From IMG/VR virus record IMGVR_UViG_3300035187_003505: a stretch of 64,000 bases of DNA; one strand, 5' to 3'. The DNA is from an uncultured virus (IMG/VR IMGVR_UViG_3300035187_003505). Taxonomy: Duplodnaviria; Heunggongvirae; Uroviricota; Caudoviricetes. The first letter of the stretch is position 1, and every line of letters begins with the position of its first letter. Positions 36,356 to 46,318 of the stretch are shown here, piece by piece. The notes beneath the pieces are model-generated. The model had not been told where the DNA came from and searched no databases. It was given only the letters and a program-made list of their open reading frames with translations. The position numbers and the translations under genes are program-made.

Positions 36356-37666
36356 ATGAGCCTAGCAACAGCTACCCGCTACGACTTCCTCTCGCTGCCT
36401 ATCGTCGGCTGCAAGATAGACCCGGAGTCGGGCTACCTCCAGGTCCGGGCCCGCACCGCCCGCACCGGCCTTCAAAAATACCGCCGCGCTGACGGCAGGG
36501 TCGAAACTGAGTACCGCCCGGAAGAGGAAGTAGGAAAGCCAGAAACCCTAGCATCCTTCGGGATGAAGCCAGTTACTTGGCATCATCCTCCGCAGCTCCT
36601 TGATGCGGATAATACAAAGATGTATCAAATCGGGCATGCCGGCTCGCATGTCCACTTCAGCGACGGTTTTGTTGAAGTAGCGCTTCTTGTTACTGACCAA
36701 AAATCCATCGACAACATCCAACGTAAGGATTCTCCCGATCACGCTGTAGAAGTCTCCGCCGGCTACCGGGTCGATTATGACCCTACCCCCGGTCAAACAC
36801 CATCAGGCGAGTCCTATGACGGTGTCCAACGCAATATCCGCGTCAACCACATCGCCATTGTCCCTAAAGGACGTGCTGGCCCAGAAGTCAGGTTGCTGTT
36901 AGATCGAATGGATTCTACGGCAGCGGTATCTTTTGATCAAGCACTCCTCGATTCCCCCGAGCCCGTACCCCCCGCGAACCCCGTTATGGCCCGTATCAAT
37001 CTCGATGGAGTCGATGTTGAGGTTGCCCCTGAATATGCTCCGCTGGTGCAAGCCTATGTGAGGGATTCCAGCAAGGCCCTCACTGAACTGCGCACTGCTA
37101 ATTCCACTCTGCAGGAAAAGCTAGATACCCTGCAGAGTGATTTTTCTGACCTGGAAGCTGAAAAGGAGGCTGCCGAGGGTCGCGCCGATGGGCTTCAGGC
37201 CACGATTGATACCGGGGAACCCAGTGAGATTCACCTCGACGAAGACAACATCGACGCGGTTCTCGCTCAGATCCCAGCTTCCCGGTTGGACACCTTGGTA
37301 GCCGCCCGCCTCGACACTCTCCAACTCTTAGCACCCGCCTTTGAAGACGACTTCGTCTTCGACGGCATCGAGGCCGATCAGTTGTACATCCAAGCCTACG
37401 AAAATATTTTCGGTGAAGCCCCAGATGAGGAGATGGAAGTCGCCCAAATGAGGGGCCGGGTTGAGGGGGCCCTGGCCACGCTTGATGCCGAAGATCCCCC
37501 CGAGGCCGAACCAGCTCCCCGAACCGATGCTGCCGATTCCACCGGCAAGCTGCGCACGGCCCTTCGCGGTGTCCAACGGCGCGATGCTGCAGCATCCTCC
37601 GATAGCTACAAGCAGAAAACCAACAATAGTTGGCAGAAACCGCTGACTGCTTCTAAGAGGCGATGA
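36356..37666 (+). CDS. prohead protease/scaffold (DUF2213 type)
   Basis: ARTG.Q.Y, YRPEEEV, PVTWHHP, EVSAGY, Q.NI..NHIAIV..GRAG; coiled-coil C-half. Confidence 0.92.
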   Translation: MSLATATRYDFLSLPIVGCKIDPESGYLQVRARTARTGLQKYRRADGRVETEYRPEEEVGKPETLASFGMKPVTWHHPPQLLDADNTKMYQIGHAGSHVHFSDGFVEVALLVTDQKSIDNIQRKDSPDHAVEVSAGYRVDYDPTPGQTPSGESYDGVQRNIRVNHIAIVPKGRAGPEVRLLLDRMDSTAAVSFDQALLDSPEPVPPANPVMARINLDGVDVEVAPEYAPLVQAYVRDSSKALTELRTANSTLQEKLDTLQSDFSDLEAEKEAAEGRADGLQATIDTGEPSEIHLDEDNIDAVLAQIPASRLDTLVAARLDTLQLLAPAFEDDFVFDGIEADQLYIQAYENIFGEAPDEEMEVAQMRGRVEGALATLDAEDPPEAEPAPRTDAADSTGKLRTALRGVQRRDAAASSDSYKQKTNNSWQKPLTASKRR

Positions 37667-37714
37667 CTCTTTCTTTCTATTAAAGGCTAATCCCCTCTAC
37701 TCACACCTCCGGCC

Positions 37715-38338
37715 ATGCCTGTAACTTTCACCCCAACCACAGTAACCTCCCCTATCGGGGTTCAAGGTTCATACCCCCTGACTTCCGCTGGTGCCCATGA
37801 AGGGATGCTGGCCAATCTCAACTCTTACGACTCTTTCACCGGGATCAATCAGACCAGCGCGGCGCTACCCTTCGGGGCCTTGGTTCAGGTAGACACAGCC
37901 GGCGGTCGAGATGATAACGCCATGACCCTCTCCACCGGGGTCACCGGCAACTTCGGCATCCTGGCGGATTCCTTCACATTCGAAGGGGTCGCCTCCGGCA
38001 ATGCCAGCTACCTATCGACCGGGATCCCAGGGACCAACCTGGCCGCTGATGGCCGCCCTGGCTACCCCAACCGGAAGTCTCTCAATGTCATCCGCCGGGG
38101 CCAAATCTGGGTCTACGTCACCGAGGCCGTGGCCCTGACGGATGCTGTCAGGTTCTGGGATACCGACCACTCCGGCACCGTGGCCGGGGCATTCCTGGGA
38201 AGGTTCTGCAAAACAGCCTCCGGCACCCGGACGACCCTGTTCACCAACGGTGCCCGCTGGATCACCAAGACCACCGGGGCTGGCCTGGCTGTCTTGGAGA
38301 TCGAGATGGCCGCCGCGACCTTCACCGCCGACACCTAA
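37715..38338 (+). CDS. head decoration/cement protein
   Basis: Between protease and MCP; LPFG..V, NVIRRG.IWV, T..AG motifs. Confidence 0.8.
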   Translation: MPVTFTPTTVTSPIGVQGSYPLTSAGAHEGMLANLNSYDSFTGINQTSAALPFGALVQVDTAGGRDDNAMTLSTGVTGNFGILADSFTFEGVASGNASYLSTGIPGTNLAADGRPGYPNRKSLNVIRRGQIWVYVTEAVALTDAVRFWDTDHSGTVAGAFLGRFCKTASGTRTTLFTNGARWITKTTGAGLAVLEIEMAAATFTADT

Positions 38339-38409
38339 TCCCTGACCATCACAGGTCTCCCACTACTTACTCCCCCTCCTTCTATTTCCCCTCGCGAGAG
38401 GCTCTGACC

Positions 38410-39324
38410 ATGTCCAACCAACGCCTCGACAACCACGGTTTCTTCCTCGCGAGGGAACTGGAGCATATCATCACTAGGGCTTTTGAAGTCGAGTATGCCG
38501 ACATCAAATACGCTAGTGTACTCCCCATTAACAGTGAGGTGTCTAACGGCAAGGATTCCTACACATATAGAATCTACGACCAAAAAGGCTCCATGCGGCG
38601 AATTGCCGATAAGGCGAAGGATCTCCCCCGCGCTGATGTGTTCCGTAAGGAAGTAACCCACAAGGTTGAATCCTACGGTTCAAGCTTCGGCTACACCGTC
38701 CAGGAGCTGCGGGCTGCGGCTGAAGTGCCCAATACAAACCTGGAGCAACGCCGCGCTAACGCTGTGCGTCGCGTCTATGAAGAAACTATGCAGCGCATTT
38801 CCTACTTCGGAGATCCTGCTGCCGGCCTTCGCGGCTTCTTCAACTCCGATCAACTCGACAAGATCGTACCTGATAAGTGGTTCGACACGTCCGGCATCAC
38901 CGCCGATGAAGTTCTCGAACTCCTCAATGAACCGGTAACCCGGATCGTCGAGAACAGCAACATGAAAGAACAACCAGACACCATGTTGGTTCCGTACAAT
39001 GTGTTCCGAAAGATCTCCACAATGAAGCTCGGGACGGCTTCGGACACCACTGTCATGGAGTTTTTCCTCGATACCAACGAGGTTATTAAGGACATTGAAC
39101 CCATCAATGAGCTTACTGCCTCTAAATCCGGCGGGTTCTTGTCTAAAGACCGGATCATCACCTATGAGCGTAACCCGGACAAGCTGGAGATGCACCTCCC
39201 CCAGCCACTGGAGTTTTTCCCTCCTCAACTCCAGGGCCTGGAATACACCGTGCCTGCGCACGCCCGCCACGGTGGGGTAGCCATCTACTTCCCCCGTTCC
39301 GTCATGGTGATGGAGAAAGCCTGA
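38410..39324 (+). CDS. major capsid protein (DUF2184 type, HK97 fold)
   Basis: FLARELEHI, DLPRAD, GY...ELRAA, YFGD...L.G.FN, GGV.IY.P motifs. Confidence 0.93.
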   Translation: MSNQRLDNHGFFLARELEHIITRAFEVEYADIKYASVLPINSEVSNGKDSYTYRIYDQKGSMRRIADKAKDLPRADVFRKEVTHKVESYGSSFGYTVQELRAAAEVPNTNLEQRRANAVRRVYEETMQRISYFGDPAAGLRGFFNSDQLDKIVPDKWFDTSGITADEVLELLNEPVTRIVENSNMKEQPDTMLVPYNVFRKISTMKLGTASDTTVMEFFLDTNEVIKDIEPINELTASKSGGFLSKDRIITYERNPDKLEMHLPQPLEFFPPQLQGLEYTVPAHARHGGVAIYFPRSVMVMEKA

Positions 39325-39357
39325 TAAGCTACCAGCGGCCCCTACATAAATCTCCCC

Positions 39358-39801
39358 ATGAGCCAAGATCGAGTCAACATTTTCTACAGCCCTGCACTGG
39401 AGAACCCCCCTATGGATGGGTGTTCTATTACCTATACCACGATCTCTAAGGAAACGGGGGAATCCACTCGTGTGACTATCCGCGAAGGGATCAATAATAT
39501 CCCCGAGGACGACTGGGAGAGTATCAAAGCAGGAACGCACGGACCCCATGCACTCCGTCTTTTGGAGTTAGGCGCCCTCCGCGTCATGGAAAGCAATGAG
39601 GTCAAAGAACTCCTCAGCGAGACGGACCTGAAAGTTCCTGATGAGGTCTCCATTGCTGATCTCAAACTACCAGATGCAACGAAAGTCATTACAGCCACTC
39701 ATGATCTCCAGTGTCTAGCAGCCTGGCTGGAGAAAGACCAGCGCGTGCCTGTCCGCACTGCTATTCAAAAACGTATTGATACTTTAACCGGAGGCAACTA
39801 A
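39358..39801 (+). CDS. head-associated hypothetical protein
   Basis: Follows MCP; W...D.R..VR.AI.KR C-terminus. Confidence 0.7.
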   Translation: MSQDRVNIFYSPALENPPMDGCSITYTTISKETGESTRVTIREGINNIPEDDWESIKAGTHGPHALRLLELGALRVMESNEVKELLSETDLKVPDEVSIADLKLPDATKVITATHDLQCLAAWLEKDQRVPVRTAIQKRIDTLTGGN

Positions 39802-39805
39802 GCCA

Positions 39806-40366
39806 ATGGCTGTGATTACTGCAGCGGAGCTTCAGCAGAGGTTCCCCGAGTTCGCTGAACAACAGCCTGCAGTAATAAATCCAATAATTTTACAAGCTGA
39901 ACGTCAAACTCCAGCTTCTGTATGGGGTAACAGTGGGTTCCGCGTAGATGGCATTGCCTATTTATCAGCACATTTACTCGCAACCCGCATTATTCAAATC
40001 GGATCTCAAATAGGAGCGCCCTCGGGGGCCGCGCTTGCTGTAGGTTTAGACTCCACTCATTACGGACAAGAGTACAAAAGACTTAGAGACTCGATAGCGG
40101 TAATAGGTTTTGCTAGTTTTGACTCTATCAGTGAGGTCGTGGACTATGAACCGACTCTACCACCCCCTCCTAGTTTATTACCTAACGAGTCGCGCACGGC
40201 TAACACAGCGACAACTAGTTATTTTGGTACAGCTCCAGGCGGCACTGATGAGTCCTCCTTAGGTTGGACAATTGTCCGTTATGTTTTCAATAGTGCGGGC
40301 GTGCTACAAACTCGGGCTACTGCATCTGGGGCTTGGGTTAACTACGCCTCACTACCCTACTCTTGA
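39806..40366 (+). CDS. head-tail adaptor (DUF4054 type) with C-terminal extension
   Basis: RFPEF, YL.AHLL, ST.YGQEY.RL. Confidence 0.85.
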   Translation: MAVITAAELQQRFPEFAEQQPAVINPIILQAERQTPASVWGNSGFRVDGIAYLSAHLLATRIIQIGSQIGAPSGAALAVGLDSTHYGQEYKRLRDSIAVIGFASFDSISEVVDYEPTLPPPPSLLPNESRTANTATTSYFGTAPGGTDESSLGWTIVRYVFNSAGVLQTRATASGAWVNYASLPYS

Positions 40367-40377
40367 GCTAGGCCATT

Positions 40378-40704
40378 ATGGCAATTATCAACCCACAACC
40401 CGTAGTCGTCAGCGGCGCAACGTTTGCTAACTTAGGCTTTGATTTAGCTATGAGTACATACGTTAGTGATGGAAGGATGAAACTTGGAGTAAACGCAAGT
40501 TTGTGGCCGTACCGCGATACCGAAACCGGTCCCGAGGTACTGCTGCTACCTCCTGGGTTAAGCAGCTTAACGATACCTCCAATAATTTACCCTGACGCAC
40601 AGCTCGCAGCAGCGACGGGTGATATGCCGATGGCGGAATTTCTTGCAACCTTGGAGTTTATTTCTCAAAGATTGCTTAATAAAAAAGCGGGGATGTCTGA
40701 GTAA
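40378..40704 (+). CDS. hypothetical protein
   Basis: Coupled (TAATG) to the fibre gene. Confidence 0.65.
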   Translation: MAIINPQPVVVSGATFANLGFDLAMSTYVSDGRMKLGVNASLWPYRDTETGPEVLLLPPGLSSLTIPPIIYPDAQLAAATGDMPMAEFLATLEFISQRLLNKKAGMSE

Positions 40705-43160
40705 TGGCTGACATTCGAGCAATAGCGTCTACCGCGTTTGAGTCCCCTCTCACATGGTTTGGCAACGTAGTCCCAGGCCCTAATGACGTTGCATCTTCAA
40801 ACGGGTTTGCGCCGCCAATTAGCACGGCTATCATCGTACAAGCACTAAGCAACGCCGCTGGTGGCGGCGCAGTAGCAGGTGGTTCTTTTCCGTTGCTTAA
40901 TGGTGGCAACGTAACTTTCACAAACGCAAACGGGTTGCTGGGCTCCGCAAACAATCCCGTCGTCACTACAGCGTCATTGGCGTTGGGGCAGTCAGCCAGC
41001 GTTTCGGGACCGTCAGCAAACATCCCAGCAACGGCTGGGATTCTCATAAACCACTCAGGCAGTGGAGTTTTAACCGTAACGTCAAACCTTAATGGCAGCA
41101 CCGGTCAAACATCCACGGGCTTTGGTGTGGTGGCCCTAACTGGGGTCGGAGTGCTTAACACGATAGGAACAGTTACTGGACCTTCCAACGTCGTCGGAAA
41201 CGGCACTGCTGCGGGCGTGTTCGTGTCAGGCAACGGCACCTGGAACCACACCGGCTCTATCGTAGGGGGCACAACCAATACTGGGATTACTGCCGGAGCG
41301 TACATTACTGCGGCTTCAGCTAATGTAACTATCAATGGCAGCGTAACGGGTGGAGCGTCAACAGTATTTTCAAATACTGCGCGATCTCCCGGAGTGGAAA
41401 ATGCGTCATCCTCAACTTTGACCATAAACGGTCAGTGCCAGTCGAGTGCAACTCAGCCGGCGATTGGCCCTGGCTCTATAAATCAAGTCACCCGCCTTTC
41501 GGGTCCATTCCTGACGGGCGCCACTGGCAATATAAATTCTAATCTGGCTGTCAAGTGGGGAGCCACGGCAGGAAACCCAGCATCGTCTATGGAAGTGCCA
41601 AACTTCAACTTCACTACCAAGGTGTCTTGGTACACGGCAAACAATTATCCAGTGGGTGGTTATCCATTGCAATCCAATGTTGTACTGGGGACTGTCTACG
41701 GACCAAACTCTGAATTTACCGGCACGTCCGCCAGGCCAGCAACGGGGTCTGTTGCGTTTGGTGTTGCGGTAGGCCAGGCTACCGGCACTGCAATCCTAGA
41801 CGGAGGTAGTTTACGCGCAGCCTTAGGCATGGGAAGTGCCAATCTGGACACACAATTTGCAGGGATTCCTGCAGCGGTTTGGAGCCATATCACCAGAACT
41901 CTCACCAGTGGTGGCGGTGGAGGAGGTAGTTCTCCAACGGCTGCCGAAATAGCCACTGAAGTGTGGTCTACAGCAACGCGCACACTGACCACCGCGTTCC
42001 CTTCGGTCCCGACTGCTTCTGACATTGCCGTTGCTGTTTGGAGTGCAGCAACTCGAACTATTACCAACACCATTCCCTCTGCTATTGACATTGCGACGGC
42101 TGTATGGGGTGCAGTGACAAGAACCCTTACGAGTAGCAGTGCCCCTACGGCTACAGACGTGGCAACTGCTGTGTGGTCTAACACTGGTCGCACCATCACA
42201 GGTGGCACCGTAAATACCATCTTAGACAAGGCAGGGTATTCACTAACTTCTGCCGAGCGTCAAGCCATCGCCACTGCAGTAGAGCAAAGCATTCTCAATG
42301 AAACCGATGGGCAAGCCATCCTAAATGCAATAGTTGGCGCAATAGGCAATGCAAATGTCGATCAAATTGCTCTAATTGCTGCAATCCGCGCCGACCTGGA
42401 GCGTAGTGGCGGAATGTTGGCCGGTAGGTCCACACTTACCGCCGGAGGCGTGCGTGCGGAGCTGAGCACTGAATTAGCGCGGCTTGATGTTGCTACTTCC
42501 ACCCGGCTGGCCTCTGCCAGCTATTCAGCGGCACCAACAACCGCCGCAATTCGCACTGAGCTGAGTGTCGAACTGGCACGGCTCGACACTCCCGTATCGT
42601 CCAGACTGGCCCCTTCGGGCACCCTGGCTCGCGTTACCCTGACGGACACCACTACAACGCTTACAAGCCAGCCTTCATTCCCTGCTACTTCAGAAATAGC
42701 CTCCGCAGTGTGGAGCACCCCTAGCCGCACTGTAACCGGAGGTAGTGTAGATAAAACCGGATACTCCTTAACCTCTGCTGAGCGTCAAGCTATAGCTACG
42801 GCAGTGGAACAAAGCATCCTAAACGAGAGCGATGGGCAAGCTATATTGAACGCGATCGTCGGAGCTATAGGTAATAGCAGTGTCGATCAAGTCGCTCTAG
42901 TAGCAGCTATCCGTGCAGATATGGAACGTGCGGGAGGTATGCTATCAGGGCGTTCGACACTCACAGCGGCCCAAGTATGGACCCACACCAGTCGTACTAT
43001 CACTGGTGGTACTATTGACAACGCTTCACAAACTACTATAGCGGCTGGGGAAGTTGCTGCAGCAGTACGGGCAGAACTCAATCCAGAACTAGAGCGCTTA
43101 CGCAATTGTAGCACTATGGACACAACCGCAGCCGCATTAGCAAACGCCCTTAAACAGTAA
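40704..43160 (+). CDS. fibre-like structural protein with beta-rich N-half and IA.AVW...TRT repeats
   Basis: Gly/Thr/Ser/Asn-rich; several VW..TRT repeats; internal duplication of about 73 aa. Confidence 0.75.
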   Translation: MADIRAIASTAFESPLTWFGNVVPGPNDVASSNGFAPPISTAIIVQALSNAAGGGAVAGGSFPLLNGGNVTFTNANGLLGSANNPVVTTASLALGQSASVSGPSANIPATAGILINHSGSGVLTVTSNLNGSTGQTSTGFGVVALTGVGVLNTIGTVTGPSNVVGNGTAAGVFVSGNGTWNHTGSIVGGTTNTGITAGAYITAASANVTINGSVTGGASTVFSNTARSPGVENASSSTLTINGQCQSSATQPAIGPGSINQVTRLSGPFLTGATGNINSNLAVKWGATAGNPASSMEVPNFNFTTKVSWYTANNYPVGGYPLQSNVVLGTVYGPNSEFTGTSARPATGSVAFGVAVGQATGTAILDGGSLRAALGMGSANLDTQFAGIPAAVWSHITRTLTSGGGGGGSSPTAAEIATEVWSTATRTLTTAFPSVPTASDIAVAVWSAATRTITNTIPSAIDIATAVWGAVTRTLTSSSAPTATDVATAVWSNTGRTITGGTVNTILDKAGYSLTSAERQAIATAVEQSILNETDGQAILNAIVGAIGNANVDQIALIAAIRADLERSGGMLAGRSTLTAGGVRAELSTELARLDVATSTRLASASYSAAPTTAAIRTELSVELARLDTPVSSRLAPSGTLARVTLTDTTTTLTSQPSFPATSEIASAVWSTPSRTVTGGSVDKTGYSLTSAERQAIATAVEQSILNESDGQAILNAIVGAIGNSSVDQVALVAAIRADMERAGGMLSGRSTLTAAQVWTHTSRTITGGTIDNASQTTIAAGEVAAAVRAELNPELERLRNCSTMDTTAAALANALKQ

Positions 43161-43164
43161 AGTA

Positions 43165-43560
43165 ATGAGTATAGCTCCCGCGCTAATATCAGCTTTCGCT
43201 CCATGGGGCAATACTGAACTTATATTCAAAGTCCCGAACACTACACTTAACATAGACCAGGCCACAGGTAACTATACCTACGGCGAAATTACAATAGAAT
43301 ATCTAGCTTATCTTAAAATTCAACAGCCTAATTGGAAGACATCTTCAGGTACGGATCAAACCACTTACAACGTATCTGGGCGGTTGCTCTCCCCGAGCAC
43401 GCTAGATCCACGTATTGTAAATGGATCGCAAGCATTAGCTACCCACAACGGGGTAAAAGGTCGTTTTGAACTCGTTATTGATCTTAGCATGCCTGCAGCT
43501 TCATTCCCCGATCTTAAGCAGCCCATATCTGGCATATTCAGAGTAACCGGAGGTGGATAA
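43165..43560 (+). CDS. putative head-closure protein
   Basis: Synteny and size. Confidence 0.6.
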   Translation: MSIAPALISAFAPWGNTELIFKVPNTTLNIDQATGNYTYGEITIEYLAYLKIQQPNWKTSSGTDQTTYNVSGRLLSPSTLDPRIVNGSQALATHNGVKGRFELVIDLSMPAASFPDLKQPISGIFRVTGGG

Positions 43561-43943
43561 TGGTAACCAATAACCACCGATCCATTGCCGATGATTTTGA
43601 AGCAGCGCAAGCAAGAACAATAGTCGAACTCGGGGAGTGGTTCAACGAAAGGTGTCGTCAAGAAATCGAGTCCCCTGAATGGGCTTATCCGACTAATCCG
43701 AAAATTAGAGACATTGTATCCACAGGACGGCTAAGAGACAGCGCGGTATTACGCCTATTGCCCAACGGAGGGTTTGAAATAACCTGGGAAGCTGATTACT
43801 CTACCGAAGTCCATGAAGGTGGCACTTCCCCCGAGGGCGTTCGTTTCCCCGGACGGCCCTGGACCCGCGACCCTATCACAGAACTCCCCGCCATGTATGC
43901 TCAATTATTAGCTAAAAACCTAAAAGCTCAGAAATCCTTATGA
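43560..43943 (+). CDS. neck/tail completion protein (HK97 gp10-like)
   Basis: RDIV.TGRLRDS, Y...VHEG, GRPW. Confidence 0.8.
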   Translation: MVTNNHRSIADDFEAAQARTIVELGEWFNERCRQEIESPEWAYPTNPKIRDIVSTGRLRDSAVLRLLPNGGFEITWEADYSTEVHEGGTSPEGVRFPGRPWTRDPITELPAMYAQLLAKNLKAQKSL

Positions 43944-44425
43944 CGCTACCCACCAGCACTTACGTGCCCGAACCCTCTGACATACGCTACCCGATAGAGA
44001 GAGTTGTGTTAGAATATTTTTTAACAGACAACATCACGCTTAAACCTGACAGCCAGTGGCCAGGCTACTACACGCTAAAAACTGGGCAGAAAATACCATG
44101 TATTTTCTCTGAAGGTAAAGATCAAGTACCCTCATCCTGGAAGCCTTCAGGCATTCAATGTATTATCGAAGAAGTCCCCGAACAAAGCGTTACCCCAGGT
44201 ATAGGTCAGATAATTCTAGTATCTACTTGGAAAGTCATCTTCACCAATTACGGATTCGACGACACCACTAGACAAACGGTGACCCTTAAGGAAGTCCAAT
44301 CCCGCATGGCAAGGCTTTTTCCCACAGCTAACCTTCGGTATAACTCCGGGTCTGACGTGGCCCTGGAAGCTCTGACCGTCCGTTTTCGCGGCACTTCCCT
44401 CAATTCGATCCTCCGCCCTTTCTAA
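43940..44425 (+). CDS. putative tail terminator
   Basis: Synteny before tail tube. Confidence 0.6.
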   Translation: MTLPTSTYVPEPSDIRYPIERVVLEYFLTDNITLKPDSQWPGYYTLKTGQKIPCIFSEGKDQVPSSWKPSGIQCIIEEVPEQSVTPGIGQIILVSTWKVIFTNYGFDDTTRQTVTLKEVQSRMARLFPTANLRYNSGSDVALEALTVRFRGTSLNSILRPF

Positions 44426-44436
44426 AGGTTTAAGTC

Positions 44437-45465
44437 ATGCCATTCACCTACGCCGTGGGCCAGAGCTTTCACAATGCAAATGAAACTATTGTTCGGTGTG
44501 TTGCTCTACCACCGGGTGCCCGTTATTTCGGTACTCGTAACAGTGCTGGCTTTGTAACCCTGCCTACTCTGGATACTGGTGTATCTTACACAGAGATTCA
44601 GGGGATCCAGAACCTCAACTGGTCAAAATCCGATAAAGACCAAAAATTCCGCCTGATCGGCGACGGTGGGTGGGAAGACAGCCGAAAGACCGGTGCTGGC
44701 TGGCAAGCCTCCATCACATCCTTCCTTATGAAGGACATGGAGTTCTCCGCAGGTTCTAATGTCCCATCCTTCCGTGGTGCCTACGAAGAAGGCTACCGAA
44801 TTATCGAACTAGCCTCTCAGACAGCCGACAGTGAAATCTACCTGGAGATCTTGCAAGATCTCGGCCAAGCCAATGGTACTACCGGAAACTACATCTACAG
44901 CTTTACTGGGGTTAATTGTTCTGTCCAGAACCTCAAACCAGGGGTAGATCCGCAGAACCTAACAAACCTTACATACGACCTTATTGGTCGAGGCGAAGTC
45001 ATCAGCGGTCTTTACGATGCAGGCTCTACACCGTTGAGCTACGGGTCGCTGCAGACCGGCTTGCTGCAGACATTTAACGCCACTTTGTCAACCGGCACTC
45101 GTAGGTACGCTCCGGTCCCTGCCGACAATGCCACGGCCATTGTGGTCTCAGCTCCGCTGACGGTGACGTTCACTTCCAACGGCACCCTGGCCCTGACCCA
45201 AACCAGCCTGGGGCAGGCCGATGGATCCGGGTTCCGCCTGGAGTTGGCCTCGACCGGTGTCCAGATCCCAGCCGCCGTGGCCTACAACTCCACCACGGCA
45301 GTGGCCACCATCACGCCCACGGCGTCCCTGCCTGCAGCTACCAACTTCAAATTCACCGTGCGCGACGGCGCCGTGACCCAGGCTGTAGACAACAGCGGTG
45401 CTGCCAGTGCTACCGGCACCAGGCGGGCCTTGGGCGGGTTTTCCACCAGCTTCCGCACCGCTTGA
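44437..45465 (+). CDS. major tail (tube) protein with C-terminal Ig-like domain
   Basis: D.GWED....G..W; P.DNAT......L.VTF...ATITP...L.....FRT Ig-like tail; followed by terminator and chaperone. Confidence 0.82.
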   Translation: MPFTYAVGQSFHNANETIVRCVALPPGARYFGTRNSAGFVTLPTLDTGVSYTEIQGIQNLNWSKSDKDQKFRLIGDGGWEDSRKTGAGWQASITSFLMKDMEFSAGSNVPSFRGAYEEGYRIIELASQTADSEIYLEILQDLGQANGTTGNYIYSFTGVNCSVQNLKPGVDPQNLTNLTYDLIGRGEVISGLYDAGSTPLSYGSLQTGLLQTFNATLSTGTRRYAPVPADNATAIVVSAPLTVTFTSNGTLALTQTSLGQADGSGFRLELASTGVQIPAAVAYNSTTAVATITPTASLPAATNFKFTVRDGAVTQAVDNSGAASATGTRRALGGFSTSFRTA

Positions 45466-45490
45466 TCGAGGCGGCTCTGCTGCTTCTCCG

Positions 45491-45516
45491 CCCCCGACCT
45501 CGGGGGTTTTTATTTT
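45491..45516 (+). terminator. intrinsic terminator
   Basis: CCCCCGA-CC-TCGGGGG hairpin then TTTTTATTTT. Confidence 0.8.
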
Positions 45517-45528
45517 ACCCCGCTATTT

Positions 45529-45774
45529 ATGGCTAGCCCTAGTACCCATGAACTTCTACTAGATCCCATCTGTACTATTTTCGCAATTGATTGCACTATA
45601 AACTCTACTTCGATCCATGTGGGAGCCCTGTATGTAGAGCCCCTGATTCAATCGGAGATCGTGCAACTTGCTGATGGTGATGCTAAGCTGAGCGTATCCC
45701 TCCCCTTCGATCTGCTCCATCGCCCAACCCCCACACGGGCTTGGGATATAGAGCTACCTATCCACCATGACTGA
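45529..45774 (+). CDS. hypothetical protein
   Basis: ORF tiling. Confidence 0.6.
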   Translation: MASPSTHELLLDPICTIFAIDCTINSTSIHVGALYVEPLIQSEIVQLADGDAKLSVSLPFDLLHRPTPTRAWDIELPIHHD

Positions 45775-46318
45775 ATACACTGATCTGTTGTTCACTACTG
45801 ATGAATACCACAACATCGGCCCATTCCGATTCCCGATCTTTCACGACCTTACCCCTGGAGAACTTAAGGCTATTAGTGCTATAGACAAAGCTTCAGCCAC
45901 TACTCAGTTAGCCTCAATGGAGTTAGCTAGGAAGATCTCTAGGCAAGAAGGGATCTCTGCTAAAGAGGCTCTCGATGTACTAGCTCAGGCGTCAGAACCT
46001 AAAAACGAGGAATTGGTCTATAAATACCTGCCCGAACTGGCAGCCCTCAGCGAACAAGCTACAGATGATATAGAAATATTGTGTCAATATGGTACAGTGT
46101 TGATGCAGTTGCGAGGTGAAGTCAAACTGCCTGGCTCCGACGAATACATCAAGACGCCTGATTGGACTGCGGCACAGACCGATAAGATACATCGCGGTAT
46201 GCTTACCGCTATGCGTGCATTTGTTCTTTGGGAACGTGACGGCTGGCCTACCTCGGGGGAGCAGGGGGGAAAGGACACCCCGCCTACGACGACTCCCAAA
46301 GTGAAAAGTTCGACTTAG
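45767..46318 (+). CDS. tail assembly chaperone (G-like)
   Basis: Between tube and tape measure; slippery GGGAAAG near 3' end. Confidence 0.8.
   Translation: MTEYTDLLFTTDEYHNIGPFRFPIFHDLTPGELKAISAIDKASATTQLASMELARKISRQEGISAKEALDVLAQASEPKNEELVYKYLPELAALSEQATDDIEILCQYGTVLMQLRGEVKLPGSDEYIKTPDWTAAQTDKIHRGMLTAMRAFVLWERDGWPTSGEQGGKDTPPTTTPKVKSST

Noticed and set aside
38680..39549. 289-aa minus-strand ORF
   Set aside because: Antisense shadow of the capsid gene with no recognisable motifs
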